Shown: positions 19,004-28,713, numbered from the stretch's first letter. The stretch is 64,000 bases of DNA from Candidatus Aminicenantes bacterium (GCA_963702005.1 OY969696.1:1984001-2048000); one strand, 5' to 3'. The notes: generated by a model from the letters alone, not told the origin. Numbers and translations: made by a program.

Positions 19004-21097
19004 TCAGGCTTCTTCCTCGTCGGCGCCGGCGAAGGTTCCCAGCGGGACCTCCATAAACAGCGGCCGCTTGAGCTGGTCCACGACCTCGGCGTCGGGGACG
19101 CCCTCCTCCCAGAACAGGCGGCGGATGAGCGGCGTGCAGGTTTTGGCGCCGCAGGATCCCATGCAGGCCCGGGTTACGGCTTTGATCTCGCTGATGTCCC
19201 GGCTGCCCCCCCGGATGAGGGCCCGGATTTCGCCGGCCGTCACGCGCTCGCAGCGGCAGATGATCGTGTCGTCCTCCATGCGCCGGACCCAGGCCTCGAG
19301 AGGGACGCTCGCCTCCTTCTCCTGGACGCGGATGCCCGCGATCTTCTTGGCGATGGACCGGGGCGCCCTGACCTTGACCAGGACGGTCCGGTCGTTGGCC
19401 TTGATCGCCTTGACCTGGACGACCTCGACCTCGCCCAGCGGAACGGCCTCGGTGTCCATGACCCAAACTCGATCGCCGGGCCGTATGCCCTCCCGGAGGA
19501 ATTCGTAGGGGATGGTGACGATCGGCCGCTCGGCGTCTTTTCTATAATCGACGAGCGTGATAGCCAGTCCGGGGCAGATCGTGACGCACTTTTCGCAGCC
19601 CGAGCATCCCTTTCCGGCCGGCTCGCATTCGAGAACGGGAAGGTCGCGGATGTCTTGGGACTTGATCTTGATCAACCCGCGCGGGCAGGACGTCGCGCAA
19701 GGATCGCAGGGGATCTCCTGGACGCAGTGGAGGATGGGCAGTACGCCCGCCTCGTCCGGCGGATAGGTCTCGGGGACGGTTTTCCCCGGCTTGGATTTCA
19801 AGATCTCGGCCGTCCGGTACCAGTCCGGCGAGATCTCGACGGCGCCGCGGCCCAGCTGCCCGGCGATCTCGAGGCCCTTGATTTTGCCCGAGAAGATGGC
19901 GGCCGAAGCCTCGGCGATCTCCTCGGCGTCTCCGGCAGCGAAGACGGGAAGATCGTACTCGCGGGCCTTGAGCAAGAACTCGTCGACGGGGTCGAGGCCG
20001 ACCGCGATTAAGACCGTGTCGCAGGCGAAGGAGCGCTCGGTCCCCGGCCGGGGCTCGAAGCGCTCGTCGACGGCGGCGATCGTCACCGATTCGACGGATT
20101 CCCGGCCGTTGGCGCTCACGACCGTGTGGCGGGTCCAGATCGGGACGCCGAAGCGGGCCAGCTTGTCCTTGTGGACCTTGTAGCCGCCGCACTCGGGCAT
20201 GGCCTCGACCAGGCCGACGACCGCGATGCCGGCCTGGAGGGCGTGGTAGCCGGCGATCAAGCCGACGTTCCCGCCGCCGACGATGAAAAGCTTTTCGGTG
20301 GGCCGGACCAAGTCGCGGTTGACAAGGGTCTGGAATGCGCCGGCGCCGTAAACGCCGGGCAGGGTGTTGCCGCTGAAGGCGAGGGTCTTCTCGCGGGCGC
20401 CGCAGGCGACGAGCAGGACTTCGGGCCGGACGAGGACGTAGCGGCGGCCGTCCTTGAGGACGCCGACCTTCTTATCCGAGTAGACGGCCAGGACCGCGCT
20501 CTGGAGCCAGATCCGGACCGAGGGAAAGGAGCGGACCTCGGCCTCGAGCTTGGTCGCGATGTCGATCCCCCGCGTGCCGGCGTAAACCGTGTCCTGGGAG
20601 CCGAAGAAACGGTGGGTCTGGAGCACGAGCTTACCGCCCAAGCGGTGCTTATCGTCGACGAGAAGGGTTTCGATCCCGCGCTTTCCGAGCTCGACCGCCG
20701 CGGACAGCCCGGCCGGCCCGCCGCCGATAATGAGGACCCGGACCGGAATTTCTTCGATGTCCTTCAGCCGGGGGGCCGCCTCGACCTTGGGCAGCTCGGG
20801 AAGGGCGTCAACCGGCTCGACCTTCATCCCGGGCCGGACGAGCTCCATGCAGGACTTGACCGGGAAGCCGTCGGCGAGGACGAGGCACTGGGCGCATTGG
20901 CCGTTGGCGCAGAACAGACCTTGGGCGGCGCCGTCCTTGGGATGATGGCCGAAGACGCGCACCCCGCGGGCGAACAGAGCCGAGGCGATGGTCTCGCCGG
21001 CGCGGGCCGAGTAGGCCCGGCCTTTCCAGGAGAAGGGGACGGCCTGTTTGGCCTCGACGGCCAGGATCGGGTGCTCTTTGATCCTGAACTCGGTCAC
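19004..21097 (-). CDS. Fused 2Fe-2S / FAD oxidoreductase / 2x4Fe-4S / BFD-like subunit (sarcosine oxidase or proline dehydrogenase alpha-like)
   Basis: GTG start after GAGGAGG. Motifs CANGQCAQC, IGGGPAG, GGGNVG, CDPCATSCP..CSGCEKCVTICP, ICRCE..GSCGAKTC. Confidence 0.85.
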   Translation of the reverse strand: MTEFRIKEHPILAVEAKQAVPFSWKGRAYSARAGETIASALFARGVRVFGHHPKDGAAQGLFCANGQCAQCLVLADGFPVKSCMELVRPGMKVEPVDALPELPKVEAAPRLKDIEEIPVRVLIIGGGPAGLSAAVELGKRGIETLLVDDKHRLGGKLVLQTHRFFGSQDTVYAGTRGIDIATKLEAEVRSFPSVRIWLQSAVLAVYSDKKVGVLKDGRRYVLVRPEVLLVACGAREKTLAFSGNTLPGVYGAGAFQTLVNRDLVRPTEKLFIVGGGNVGLIAGYHALQAGIAVVGLVEAMPECGGYKVHKDKLARFGVPIWTRHTVVSANGRESVESVTIAAVDERFEPRPGTERSFACDTVLIAVGLDPVDEFLLKAREYDLPVFAAGDAEEIAEASAAIFSGKIKGLEIAGQLGRGAVEISPDWYRTAEILKSKPGKTVPETYPPDEAGVLPILHCVQEIPCDPCATSCPRGLIKIKSQDIRDLPVLECEPAGKGCSGCEKCVTICPGLAITLVDYRKDAERPIVTIPYEFLREGIRPGDRVWVMDTEAVPLGEVEVVQVKAIKANDRTVLVKVRAPRSIAKKIAGIRVQEKEASVPLEAWVRRMEDDTIICRCERVTAGEIRALIRGGSRDISEIKAVTRACMGSCGAKTCTPLIRRLFWEEGVPDAEVVDQLKRPLFMEVPLGTFAGADEEEA

Positions 21098-21252
21098 AAA
21101 CGCCTCCTCGGCTGCCGGCGAGGCGCCCGAGTTCGCGGTCGCCCTCCGGTAAAGAGGCGTATTATAGCACAAGCGGTTTCGGCGGAAAACAGGTTGTCAG
21201 TCCGTGTTCAGCGGTGATAGACTGAAAACGGATCGCAAACCTGGAGGACGAT

Positions 21253-21921
21253 ATGAGACGAACCCTGGCCTTGTTCTTGACGGCGGCTTTCATCCTGGCG
21301 AGCTTCTCCTGCGCGTCCATGAACCGGACCCAGAAAGGGGCGGTTATCGGCGGCGCCTCGGGCGCGGTCGTCGGCGGCGTCATCGGGAAGGCGGCCGGCA
21401 ACACCCTGCTGGGCGCCATCCTGGGCGCGGCCATCGGCGGCGCGGCCGGCGCCTACATCGGCCACTATATGGACAAACAGGCCGCCGAAATGCAGCGAGA
21501 CCTGGAGGGGGCCAAGGTCGAACGGGTCGGGGAGGGGATCAAGATCACCTTCGATTCGGGGCTTCTCTTCGACGTCGACAAGTCCGCTTTGAGGGAAGCC
21601 AGCAGGAGGAATATCGAGAAGCTCGCCCAGATCCTTCAGAAGTACCCGGACACAGACATCCTGATCGAGGGCCATACCGATTCGAGCGGACTCGACGAGT
21701 ACAATATGCGGCTGTCCCGCGAGCGGGCGTCGTCCGTGTCGGATTACCTGGCCGTTCAAGCCGTCCGGTCCTCCCGATGTACGGTCATGGGCTACGGCGA
21801 GTCCCAGCCGATCGCGACCAACGACTCGGCCGAGGGGCGGCAGATGAACCGGCGCGTCGACGTCGCGGTCATGGCCAACGAAAAGCTCAAGAAAGCCGCC
21901 CAGGAAAAGACGCGGAGCTGA
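21253..21921 (+). CDS. OmpA-family lipoprotein with glycine zipper
   Basis: Lipobox Cys, GAVIGG repeats, IEGHTD, N..LS..RA, GYGE..P, NRRV. Confidence 0.92.
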   Translation: MRRTLALFLTAAFILASFSCASMNRTQKGAVIGGASGAVVGGVIGKAAGNTLLGAILGAAIGGAAGAYIGHYMDKQAAEMQRDLEGAKVERVGEGIKITFDSGLLFDVDKSALREASRRNIEKLAQILQKYPDTDILIEGHTDSSGLDEYNMRLSRERASSVSDYLAVQAVRSSRCTVMGYGESQPIATNDSAEGRQMNRRVDVAVMANEKLKKAAQEKTRS

Positions 21922-21962
21922 GGGCGCCCTTCCGCTGAGACGACGGTGCGGCCGGCCGCCGA

Positions 21963-22508
21963 TCAGACCGTGTGGTCGTGCATGATCCGCCAGCCCTTGG
22001 GGGTATGGCGGAGGATGAGGGTGAAAGCGCCCCCCTTTTTCTCGCCGCCGACGTCGAGCGCCCACTGGCCGAGGACATAGGCGAAGTTCTTGCCGAGCAG
22101 CCGGATCTCGAGGTTGGAGAAATCGAGCGTCCCCATCTTCCCGGAGGGATAATTCTTTTGATAGCGGTTCATGACGGCGCCCCAGCCGTGGAGGACCTTG
22201 GTTCCCGAAAGGAAGGTCAGGTCCTTGGACTTCCAGTAGGAGTCCATGAATCCGTCCAGCTTTTTCGCGTTCCAAGCGGCCTTCTGAGCGTCGAGGACGG
22301 CCTTGATCCCGGCTTCGTCGCCCTTGTTTTCGGTCGTTTTGGGTTTCGTTTTCTGGTCGGGTTTGGTCGACTTGGTTTTTGTGTCTTGTTGGACCGGCGT
22401 CGCAGTTTTCGGAGCGGCCGGCTTGTCCTTTTTTTCCTGGAAGGCCCTGCCGGCCCCGGCCAACGCCAGGATGAGGAGCGCCGTCACCGCGATGATTCTC
22501 TTGTTCAT
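21963..22508 (-). CDS. DUF4440/YybH (NTF2-like) exported protein
   Basis: Q..AWN...DGFM..YW.S, G.L.F, G.FTL....GWRI.HDHT; signal peptide and Lys/Thr/Pro-rich linker. Confidence 0.85.
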   Translation of the reverse strand: MNKRIIAVTALLILALAGAGRAFQEKKDKPAAPKTATPVQQDTKTKSTKPDQKTKPKTTENKGDEAGIKAVLDAQKAAWNAKKLDGFMDSYWKSKDLTFLSGTKVLHGWGAVMNRYQKNYPSGKMGTLDFSNLEIRLLGKNFAYVLGQWALDVGGEKKGGAFTLILRHTPKGWRIMHDHTV

Positions 22509-22563
22509 AGCGCCTCCGTCATACCCGATCATTATCCGCCCGCTCCGCACCTTTTTCAACCAT

Positions 22564-22619
22564 AAATTCTGGGGACACACGACTTAATTCAGGAATTAAG
22601 TCGTGTGTCCCCAGAATTT
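22564..22619. repeat. Perfect palindrome, 27-bp arms with 2-nt spacer (REP-like)
   Basis: aaattctggggacacacgacttaattc-ag-gaattaagtcgtgtgtccccagaattt. Confidence 0.95.
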
Positions 22620-22660
22620 CGGGCGTATAATTGAACGGTAAGACCACGAGGAGGACCCCG

Positions 22661-24535
22661 ATGCGGACGCGATCCTTTTTGGTTTCGGCCAAGGCCGCCG
22701 CGGCTCTGGCCGCCCTGGCCCTTATATCGCCGGCCCCCATCGCAGGCGCCCGGACGGAAAAACCCGTTCTTTACGCGAGCCATTGGCTGGCCATCACCGG
22801 GAAACCGCTCGGCGCGACGGCCGGGGCCAAGATTTTTGAAAAAGGCGGGAACGCCGTCGACGCGGCCTGTGCCATGCTGGCCGCCGTCTGCACCATGTAC
22901 GATGTCCTGAGCTGGGGCGGCGAAACCCAGGCCTTGATCTATAACCCGCGGACCAAGAAGGTCGTCGCCGTCAACGGCCTCGGGGTCGCCCCGACCGGAG
23001 CGACGCCGGAGTTCTTCAAGTCCAAGGGACTGGCCTATCCTCCCGCCTACGGTCCGCTGGCGGCCGTGACGCCGGGGACGCCGGGCGGCCTGATGCTCAT
23101 GCTGGCCGAGTACGGGACGATGAGCCTCAAGGACGTCCTGGCCCCGGCCCTGGCGATGGCCGAGGGCTACCCGATCGATGCCCAGCTCGCGGACAGCATC
23201 GAACGGAACAAGACGCGGATAAAGGAATGGCCCTATTCCCGGGCGGCTCTCCTTCCGCATCCCGGCGAAGCGCGCGAAGCGCCCTGGCCGGGCGAGGTCT
23301 TCCGCCAGCCCGAGCTTCTGGCGACCCTCCGCAAGCTCGTTGAGTCCGAGCAGAGCGCCCTGGCCCAGGGCAAGGACCGCAAGCAGGCCATCTGGGCCGC
23401 TTACGATCGCTTCTATAAGGGGGACATTGCCCATGAGTTCGTCCGGGGCTGCCGGGAGCAGGGCGGCCTCATCACGCTCGAGGACCTCGCCCGCTGGAAG
23501 CCGCTCGTCGAGGAGCCGGTCGTGGTTCCCTACAAGGGGATCGAGGTCTACAAGCTCTCCTGCTGGGTTCAAGGTCCGGTCATGCTCCAAACGCTCAACA
23601 TCCTGGAAGGGATGGACCTCAAAGGGATGGGATTCAACACCGCCCGCTATGTCCACGCCCTGTACCAGGCCATGAACCTGGCCTTCGCCGACCGGGATTT
23701 TTACTACGGCGACCCTTACGTTCCCCCCGAGGAGCCTTTGAGCGGACTCCTCTCCAAGGATTACGCCCGGGCGCGGGCCGGCCTCATCGATTGGGAAAAG
23801 AACGACCCGGCCGTCAAGCCCGGCGATCCCTATCCGTTTGAGGGAAAGGCCAATCCCTATCTCGACCTCCTCAAAAAGTGGGGGAATCCCGCGAGCTCCT
23901 CGGCGGCCGCCGATCGGGCGCCGTCCGAGAGGCCGTCGAGCGAAGGATTCCGGGCGGGGACGACCTCCATCCAAGCCGCCGACGCCGAAGGCTGGGTCGT
24001 CTCCGTGACGCCGAGCGGCGGTTGGATCCCGGCCTGCCTGGCCGGGACGACCGGAGTCGGGATGAGCCAGCGGATGCAGAGCTTCGTCCTCGACGAGGCC
24101 GCCAATCCCTTCAATGTCCTGGCGCCTGGGAAGCGCCCCCGGGCGACGCTCACGCCGGGGCTGGCCCTCAAGGACGGAGCGCCGTTCCTGTCCTTCGCCG
24201 TCCAGGGAGGCGACACCCAGGATCAGAATCTCCTCCAGTTCTTCCTGGACGTCGTCGAGTTCGGGATGAACGTTCAGGAGGCCTGCGAGGCGCCGAACTT
24301 CACGAGCTTCCAGATGCGCAGCTCCTTCGACGAGCACAAGGCCGAGCCGGGCAAGCTCGAGCTCAACGAGGGGACGCCCCAGGACGTCCGGGACAGGCTC
24401 AAGGCGATGGGCTATGCTTTGACTTTCAACAAATACACCTCGGGTCCGATCAATGCCGTGTTCTTCGACCGCAAACACGGCACGATGTGGGGCGGCTCGA
24501 GCAACTTCGGCGAAGACTACGGCATCGGGTGGTGA
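22661..24535 (+). CDS. ggt: Gamma-glutamyltransferase family protein (exported)
   Basis: GGNAVDAA, FYKGDIA, AFADRD.YYGDP, catalytic GTTS, PGKRPR.TLTP, GGDTQDQ. Confidence 0.9.
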   Translation: MRTRSFLVSAKAAAALAALALISPAPIAGARTEKPVLYASHWLAITGKPLGATAGAKIFEKGGNAVDAACAMLAAVCTMYDVLSWGGETQALIYNPRTKKVVAVNGLGVAPTGATPEFFKSKGLAYPPAYGPLAAVTPGTPGGLMLMLAEYGTMSLKDVLAPALAMAEGYPIDAQLADSIERNKTRIKEWPYSRAALLPHPGEAREAPWPGEVFRQPELLATLRKLVESEQSALAQGKDRKQAIWAAYDRFYKGDIAHEFVRGCREQGGLITLEDLARWKPLVEEPVVVPYKGIEVYKLSCWVQGPVMLQTLNILEGMDLKGMGFNTARYVHALYQAMNLAFADRDFYYGDPYVPPEEPLSGLLSKDYARARAGLIDWEKNDPAVKPGDPYPFEGKANPYLDLLKKWGNPASSSAAADRAPSERPSSEGFRAGTTSIQAADAEGWVVSVTPSGGWIPACLAGTTGVGMSQRMQSFVLDEAANPFNVLAPGKRPRATLTPGLALKDGAPFLSFAVQGGDTQDQNLLQFFLDVVEFGMNVQEACEAPNFTSFQMRSSFDEHKAEPGKLELNEGTPQDVRDRLKAMGYALTFNKYTSGPINAVFFDRKHGTMWGGSSNFGEDYGIGW

Positions 24536-24537
24536 GG

Positions 24538-25824
24538 ATGGCTGACGCGACCGCTTGGGCGCGGATCCATCCCGCGATCCGCCGCCGCTTCCCCCGGCTC
24601 GAGGCGGACCAGTTCGGGAACCGCCGCCTCTACCTCAACAGCGCCGCCGGGAGCCTGATGGTAGACAGCGCCGTCCGAGCCCTATCCGAGACCGCGCTGG
24701 CGATGAATCCGATGCCGGGGCAGGTGGTGCCGGCCGAGCGGGCCACAGCTGACCTCCACGCGCGTGTCCGGAACGTTGCCGCCGATTTTCTCCACGCCGC
24801 GAGCCCGGGCGAGGTAAGCTTCCACATCTCGTCGACGGCCGCGCTTTCGGCCCTGTCTTATGCGATGCGGAGCATCCTGAAGCCCGAAAACAACATCATC
24901 GTCAGCGACCTCGACCACATGGCCAACATCTCGCCCTGGGAGGACCATTGGGGACGAGAGCGAGGGCTGGAGATCAGGAGGGCGCGTGTGACGCCGCAGG
25001 GGCGTCTCGACGTCGACCACCTCTTGTCGATCGTCGACGAACGGACCGGCATCCTGGCCGTGACCATGGCCTCGAACGGCCTGGGCACCGTCGTTCCCCT
25101 CAAAGATGTCGTCAGGGCCGTCAGGTCTAAAGTTGCCTCGTGCCGTGTCGTCGTGGACGCCGTCCACCATGCTCTGCACGGGCCGATCGACGTCGGCGAC
25201 ATCGGCTGCGACGCGCTGGTCTTCTCGGGCTATAAAGTCTTCGGCCCCATGATCGGGGTCCTCTGGATTCAGGACGGCCTGGGGCGCAAACTTGAGCCCT
25301 ACCGCGTCGAAACCAATAAGAACGAACCGCCCTACAAGTTCGAGATGGGGATGCTCAACAACGCCGTCCTGGCCTCACTCGAAGCCGCCCTCGAATACCT
25401 GCTCGAGGTGGGGGAGATGCTGGGACTGGAGATGAGCGGGGCAGCCATGGCCGGGCCGGAGCGATTCCGGGCCGCCGTCGATTCCGTGGCCGGCTACGAA
25501 GCGGGGATCACGGAGGCCGTCCTGTGCGGGTTCCGGACGCTCGAGCCGGAGGCGGTGCGCCTGTTTGGTCTGGACGATCCGGCTCGGGTTTCGGAGCGTG
25601 ATCCGACCTTCGCCTTCGAAGTCCGGGGCTGGAGCGCGGAGGAGACCAAGCTCCGGTTCTGGCGCGAGCACAAGATCCAGATCGCGGACGGAAACCACTA
25701 CTCGGCGGCCGTCGTCCGCCATCTCGGCCGGCCCGCTCTCTGTCGGGCGAGCTTCGCTCACTACGACACGGCCGATTCGGCGCGGCGTTTTATCGATGCC
25801 CTCGGGGAGATCAGCAAGAGGTGA
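24538..25824 (+). CDS. Class V PLP enzyme, cysteine desulfurase-like, lacking the persulfide Cys
   Basis: YLNSAAGS, DH.ANI.PW, VDAVH, FSGYK (PLP Lys), RASF.HY; ADGNHYS where SufS has R.GHHCA. Confidence 0.82.
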   Translation: MADATAWARIHPAIRRRFPRLEADQFGNRRLYLNSAAGSLMVDSAVRALSETALAMNPMPGQVVPAERATADLHARVRNVAADFLHAASPGEVSFHISSTAALSALSYAMRSILKPENNIIVSDLDHMANISPWEDHWGRERGLEIRRARVTPQGRLDVDHLLSIVDERTGILAVTMASNGLGTVVPLKDVVRAVRSKVASCRVVVDAVHHALHGPIDVGDIGCDALVFSGYKVFGPMIGVLWIQDGLGRKLEPYRVETNKNEPPYKFEMGMLNNAVLASLEAALEYLLEVGEMLGLEMSGAAMAGPERFRAAVDSVAGYEAGITEAVLCGFRTLEPEAVRLFGLDDPARVSERDPTFAFEVRGWSAEETKLRFWREHKIQIADGNHYSAAVVRHLGRPALCRASFAHYDTADSARRFIDALGEISKR

Positions 25825-25831
25825 TGCTGCC

Positions 25832-26944
25832 ATGAAAAATACTAAGCCCCTGACGGCCGTTTTGGCCGCGGCCGCGGCCGTTATCGTTTCGGCCGCCCCA
25901 CGGTCCACGGTCCAGGCGCCCAAGATCGCGTTCAGTCCCGAGCGCTATGTCTGTCTAAGGGTGGAGACACCGCTCCGGATCGACGGCGCGCTGGACGACC
26001 CGTCCTGGGCCAAGGCGGCCTGGACGAAGGTCTTTGCGGACATCGAAGGAGATCTCAAGCCCAGGCCTCGATTCAAGACGCGGGCCAAGATGCTCTGGGA
26101 CGACGAGTTTTTCTATGTCGGAGCCGAGCTCGAAGAGCCCCATGTCTGGGCGACGCTGACAAAGCGGGATTCCATCATCTTTTACGACAACGACTTCGAG
26201 GTCTTCATCGACCCCGACGGGGACACCCATAATTATTACGAGCTCGAGCTCAACGCGCTGGGCACGGTCTGGGACCTTTTCCTGGTCAAACCCTACCGGG
26301 ACGGCGGGCCGGCCCTCCATGCCTGGGACATCCAAGGCCTGAAGTCCGCGGTCGCCGTGCAAGGGACGCTCAACGATGCCCGAGACAAGGACCGGGGTTG
26401 GACAATCGAGATCGCGTTCCCCTTCGAGGTCCTCAAAGAAACCCTTCCAGGCAGAAAGCTTCCGGCCGCCGGAGCTATTTGGCGGGTTAATTTCTCGCGT
26501 GTCGAGTACCGGGTTGAGTCCTCCGGCGGCGCCTATAAAAAGGTATTAGATCCGAAGACTCAGAAGCCCTTTCCCGAGGACAACTGGGTCTGGTCTCCCG
26601 AGGGTCTCGTCAACATCCATCTCCCCGAGATGTGGGCTTATGTCCTATTAGCGGGGGCGCCGGAGGCAACAGCCGCCTCCGGATTCCCCCCGGCCGGGGA
26701 CGAGGCCGCGAAATGGGCGCTCCGCAAGGTCTATTATCGGGAATGGGCTTATCATGATGAGCACGGAGTCTTTAGCGGCGACCTCAAGGCTTTGGGACTC
26801 GCCGACGATCCCGATCTCAAGGCGGCCGGCGCCGATTCCCGGTTCGAGATCCGGATCACCCCGAGCCTGTTCGAAGCTTGGCTGACGACATCGAACGGCG
26901 CCGCCTGGCGAATCCGTCAGGACGGATTGGTATGGAAAGATTGA
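25832..26944 (+). CDS. Exported carbohydrate-binding family 9-like protein
   Basis: IDG.LDD..W, KMLWDD, DNDFEVFIDP, YYELELN, WRVNFSRV, NWVWSP, H.PE.W. Confidence 0.85.
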   Translation: MKNTKPLTAVLAAAAAVIVSAAPRSTVQAPKIAFSPERYVCLRVETPLRIDGALDDPSWAKAAWTKVFADIEGDLKPRPRFKTRAKMLWDDEFFYVGAELEEPHVWATLTKRDSIIFYDNDFEVFIDPDGDTHNYYELELNALGTVWDLFLVKPYRDGGPALHAWDIQGLKSAVAVQGTLNDARDKDRGWTIEIAFPFEVLKETLPGRKLPAAGAIWRVNFSRVEYRVESSGGAYKKVLDPKTQKPFPEDNWVWSPEGLVNIHLPEMWAYVLLAGAPEATAASGFPPAGDEAAKWALRKVYYREWAYHDEHGVFSGDLKALGLADDPDLKAAGADSRFEIRITPSLFEAWLTTSNGAAWRIRQDGLVWKD

Positions 26945-26958
26945 AAGAGGTGAAAGTC

Positions 26959-27801
26959 ATGGCGCGAAGACCGGCCCGAACGATCCTGGCGACGGCGGCC
27001 GCGTTGTGCTTGTCGATCGCTCCGGCCGGAGCGCGGTCCCAAGCGGGGGAGACGGACCTGATGTCCGTTTTGGACAAAACCGCCGAGAAAGCGGCTTCCT
27101 ACGCTCCTCTCGAATACTGGCGGGCGACCGTCAAGACGGTTCAGACCAAGGTCGACAAGAACTGGAAGCCGGAGAAAGTCACGACCATCAACAGGATCAT
27201 CACCATCCGCAAGGACGATTATGACGAACAGATCCTAAAGGCCGAGGAAGTCGAGAAGGGCCGGACCAAGGATATCACCGAAAAGTACGTCAAGGATTCC
27301 CGCGAACGCCTGGAAAAGAGGCGCCGGCGGGAGGCCGAGCGGAAGGCGAAGGGGCGAGCCGACAAGAACGACGAGAACGGCCGGGAGATGACCCTGAAGG
27401 AATTCCTCCCTTTCGAAACGGCCCGGCGCGCCGATTTCGAATTCAAACGTCTCCCGGACGCGGTGCTCGACGGCCGGATGGCCTTGGTCGTTGAGGTCAG
27501 GGCCCGGGTCAAGGACGAAAAGAACTGGGAGGGCACCTACTTCATCGCTGCCGACAGCTATGATCTCCTCAAGGTCGTCCTCCGCCCCTCCAAGAATCCC
27601 AAGTTTGTCAAGGAGCTCGAGATGGAGATGACCCTCATGGTCCTCGCCGGCAATCACCTCGTCCTGCGCTCCTCGCGGGCCCGGATCAACGGCGGCATCT
27701 TCATTAAACATATCCGGATGATCAGCGAGGACGAGTACTCCGATTATGAGATCCTCTCATCCGATAAAGAAAATCCCAAAAACGCGGAGGTGATGTCATG
27801 A
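26959..27801 (+). CDS. Exported hypothetical protein
   Basis: Signal peptide, strong coding bias and beta-rich C-terminus ending EYSDYE. Confidence 0.7.
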   Translation: MARRPARTILATAAALCLSIAPAGARSQAGETDLMSVLDKTAEKAASYAPLEYWRATVKTVQTKVDKNWKPEKVTTINRIITIRKDDYDEQILKAEEVEKGRTKDITEKYVKDSRERLEKRRRREAERKAKGRADKNDENGREMTLKEFLPFETARRADFEFKRLPDAVLDGRMALVVEVRARVKDEKNWEGTYFIAADSYDLLKVVLRPSKNPKFVKELEMEMTLMVLAGNHLVLRSSRARINGGIFIKHIRMISEDEYSDYEILSSDKENPKNAEVMS

Positions 27802-28709
27802 GAAAAAAGAGCGTTTTCCTCGGAATCGCGGCGGTATTGATGCTCGCCCTCGGTTCCGCCGGCGCCGGGACCGTTCCCCAAAACGTCGAGCCGAAGCTCT
27901 CGGTCCACTACGAGGAGCTGACGGCGCCCCAATTCGTCCAGGCCGTCGAGAGGTCGGGCGGAACCTGCATCATCCCGCTGGGCATCATGGAAAAGCACGG
28001 CGCCCATCTGCCCTTGGGCACGGACCTCATCGCCGCCCGCGAAGTGGCCCGCCGGGCCGCCGAGCGCGACTACACGATCGTCTTTCCACCCTATTATTTC
28101 GGCCAGATCTTCGAGGCCCGCCACCAGCCCGGGACATTGGCTTACAGCGAACGGATTATCTTCGACCTTCTGTCCGAGACCTGCGCCGAGCTCAGCCGGA
28201 ACGGGATCAAAAAGATTATTTTTTACAACGGACACGGCGGCAACGACTCGTTCCTGACCTACTTCTGCCAGACCCAGCTCGCCTCGGCCAAGGATTACGT
28301 CGTCTACCTCTTCACGCCTACGGCCAACGCCGAGGACGATCCCGAGGTCCGGAAGCTCCTCAAGACCGGGCTCGATTTCCACGCCGGCGAGAGAGAGACC
28401 TCCGAAATGCTGGCGGTCGCGCCCGACCTCGTCCATCTCGACCAGGCCAAGGCCGACAGCGGCGCCGACCTCAAGCGGCTGGCCGCCCTGACCAGGGCTT
28501 ACACCGGAATCTGGTGGTACGCCCGCTTCCCCAACCACTACGCGGGCGACGGAAGCGCGGCGACGGTCGAGCTGGGCCGGCTCCTGGTCGGGAAGACGGT
28601 CGACGAGCTGACGGCCCTGATCAAGGAGGTCAAGGCCGACCTGATCGCTCCCGAGCTCCAGAAGCGCTTCTTCGAGTCGGCCGCCAAGCCGATCCCGGTC
28701 AAGAAATAA
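27798..28709 (+). CDS. Creatininase-family amidohydrolase with signal peptide
   Basis: EKHGAHLPLGTD, NGHGGN, HAGERETS. Confidence 0.9.
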   Translation: MRKKSVFLGIAAVLMLALGSAGAGTVPQNVEPKLSVHYEELTAPQFVQAVERSGGTCIIPLGIMEKHGAHLPLGTDLIAAREVARRAAERDYTIVFPPYYFGQIFEARHQPGTLAYSERIIFDLLSETCAELSRNGIKKIIFYNGHGGNDSFLTYFCQTQLASAKDYVVYLFTPTANAEDDPEVRKLLKTGLDFHAGERETSEMLAVAPDLVHLDQAKADSGADLKRLAALTRAYTGIWWYARFPNHYAGDGSAATVELGRLLVGKTVDELTALIKEVKADLIAPELQKRFFESAAKPIPVKK

Positions 28710-28713
28710 TCCG

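Noticed and set aside
23878-24537. 220-aa N-terminal extension on the PLP enzyme (similar extensions at 25565, 35194, 37744, 42037, 60868)
   Set aside because: The extensions mostly overlap upstream genes in another frame and are low-complexity. Downstream ATG starts fit the family N-termini.
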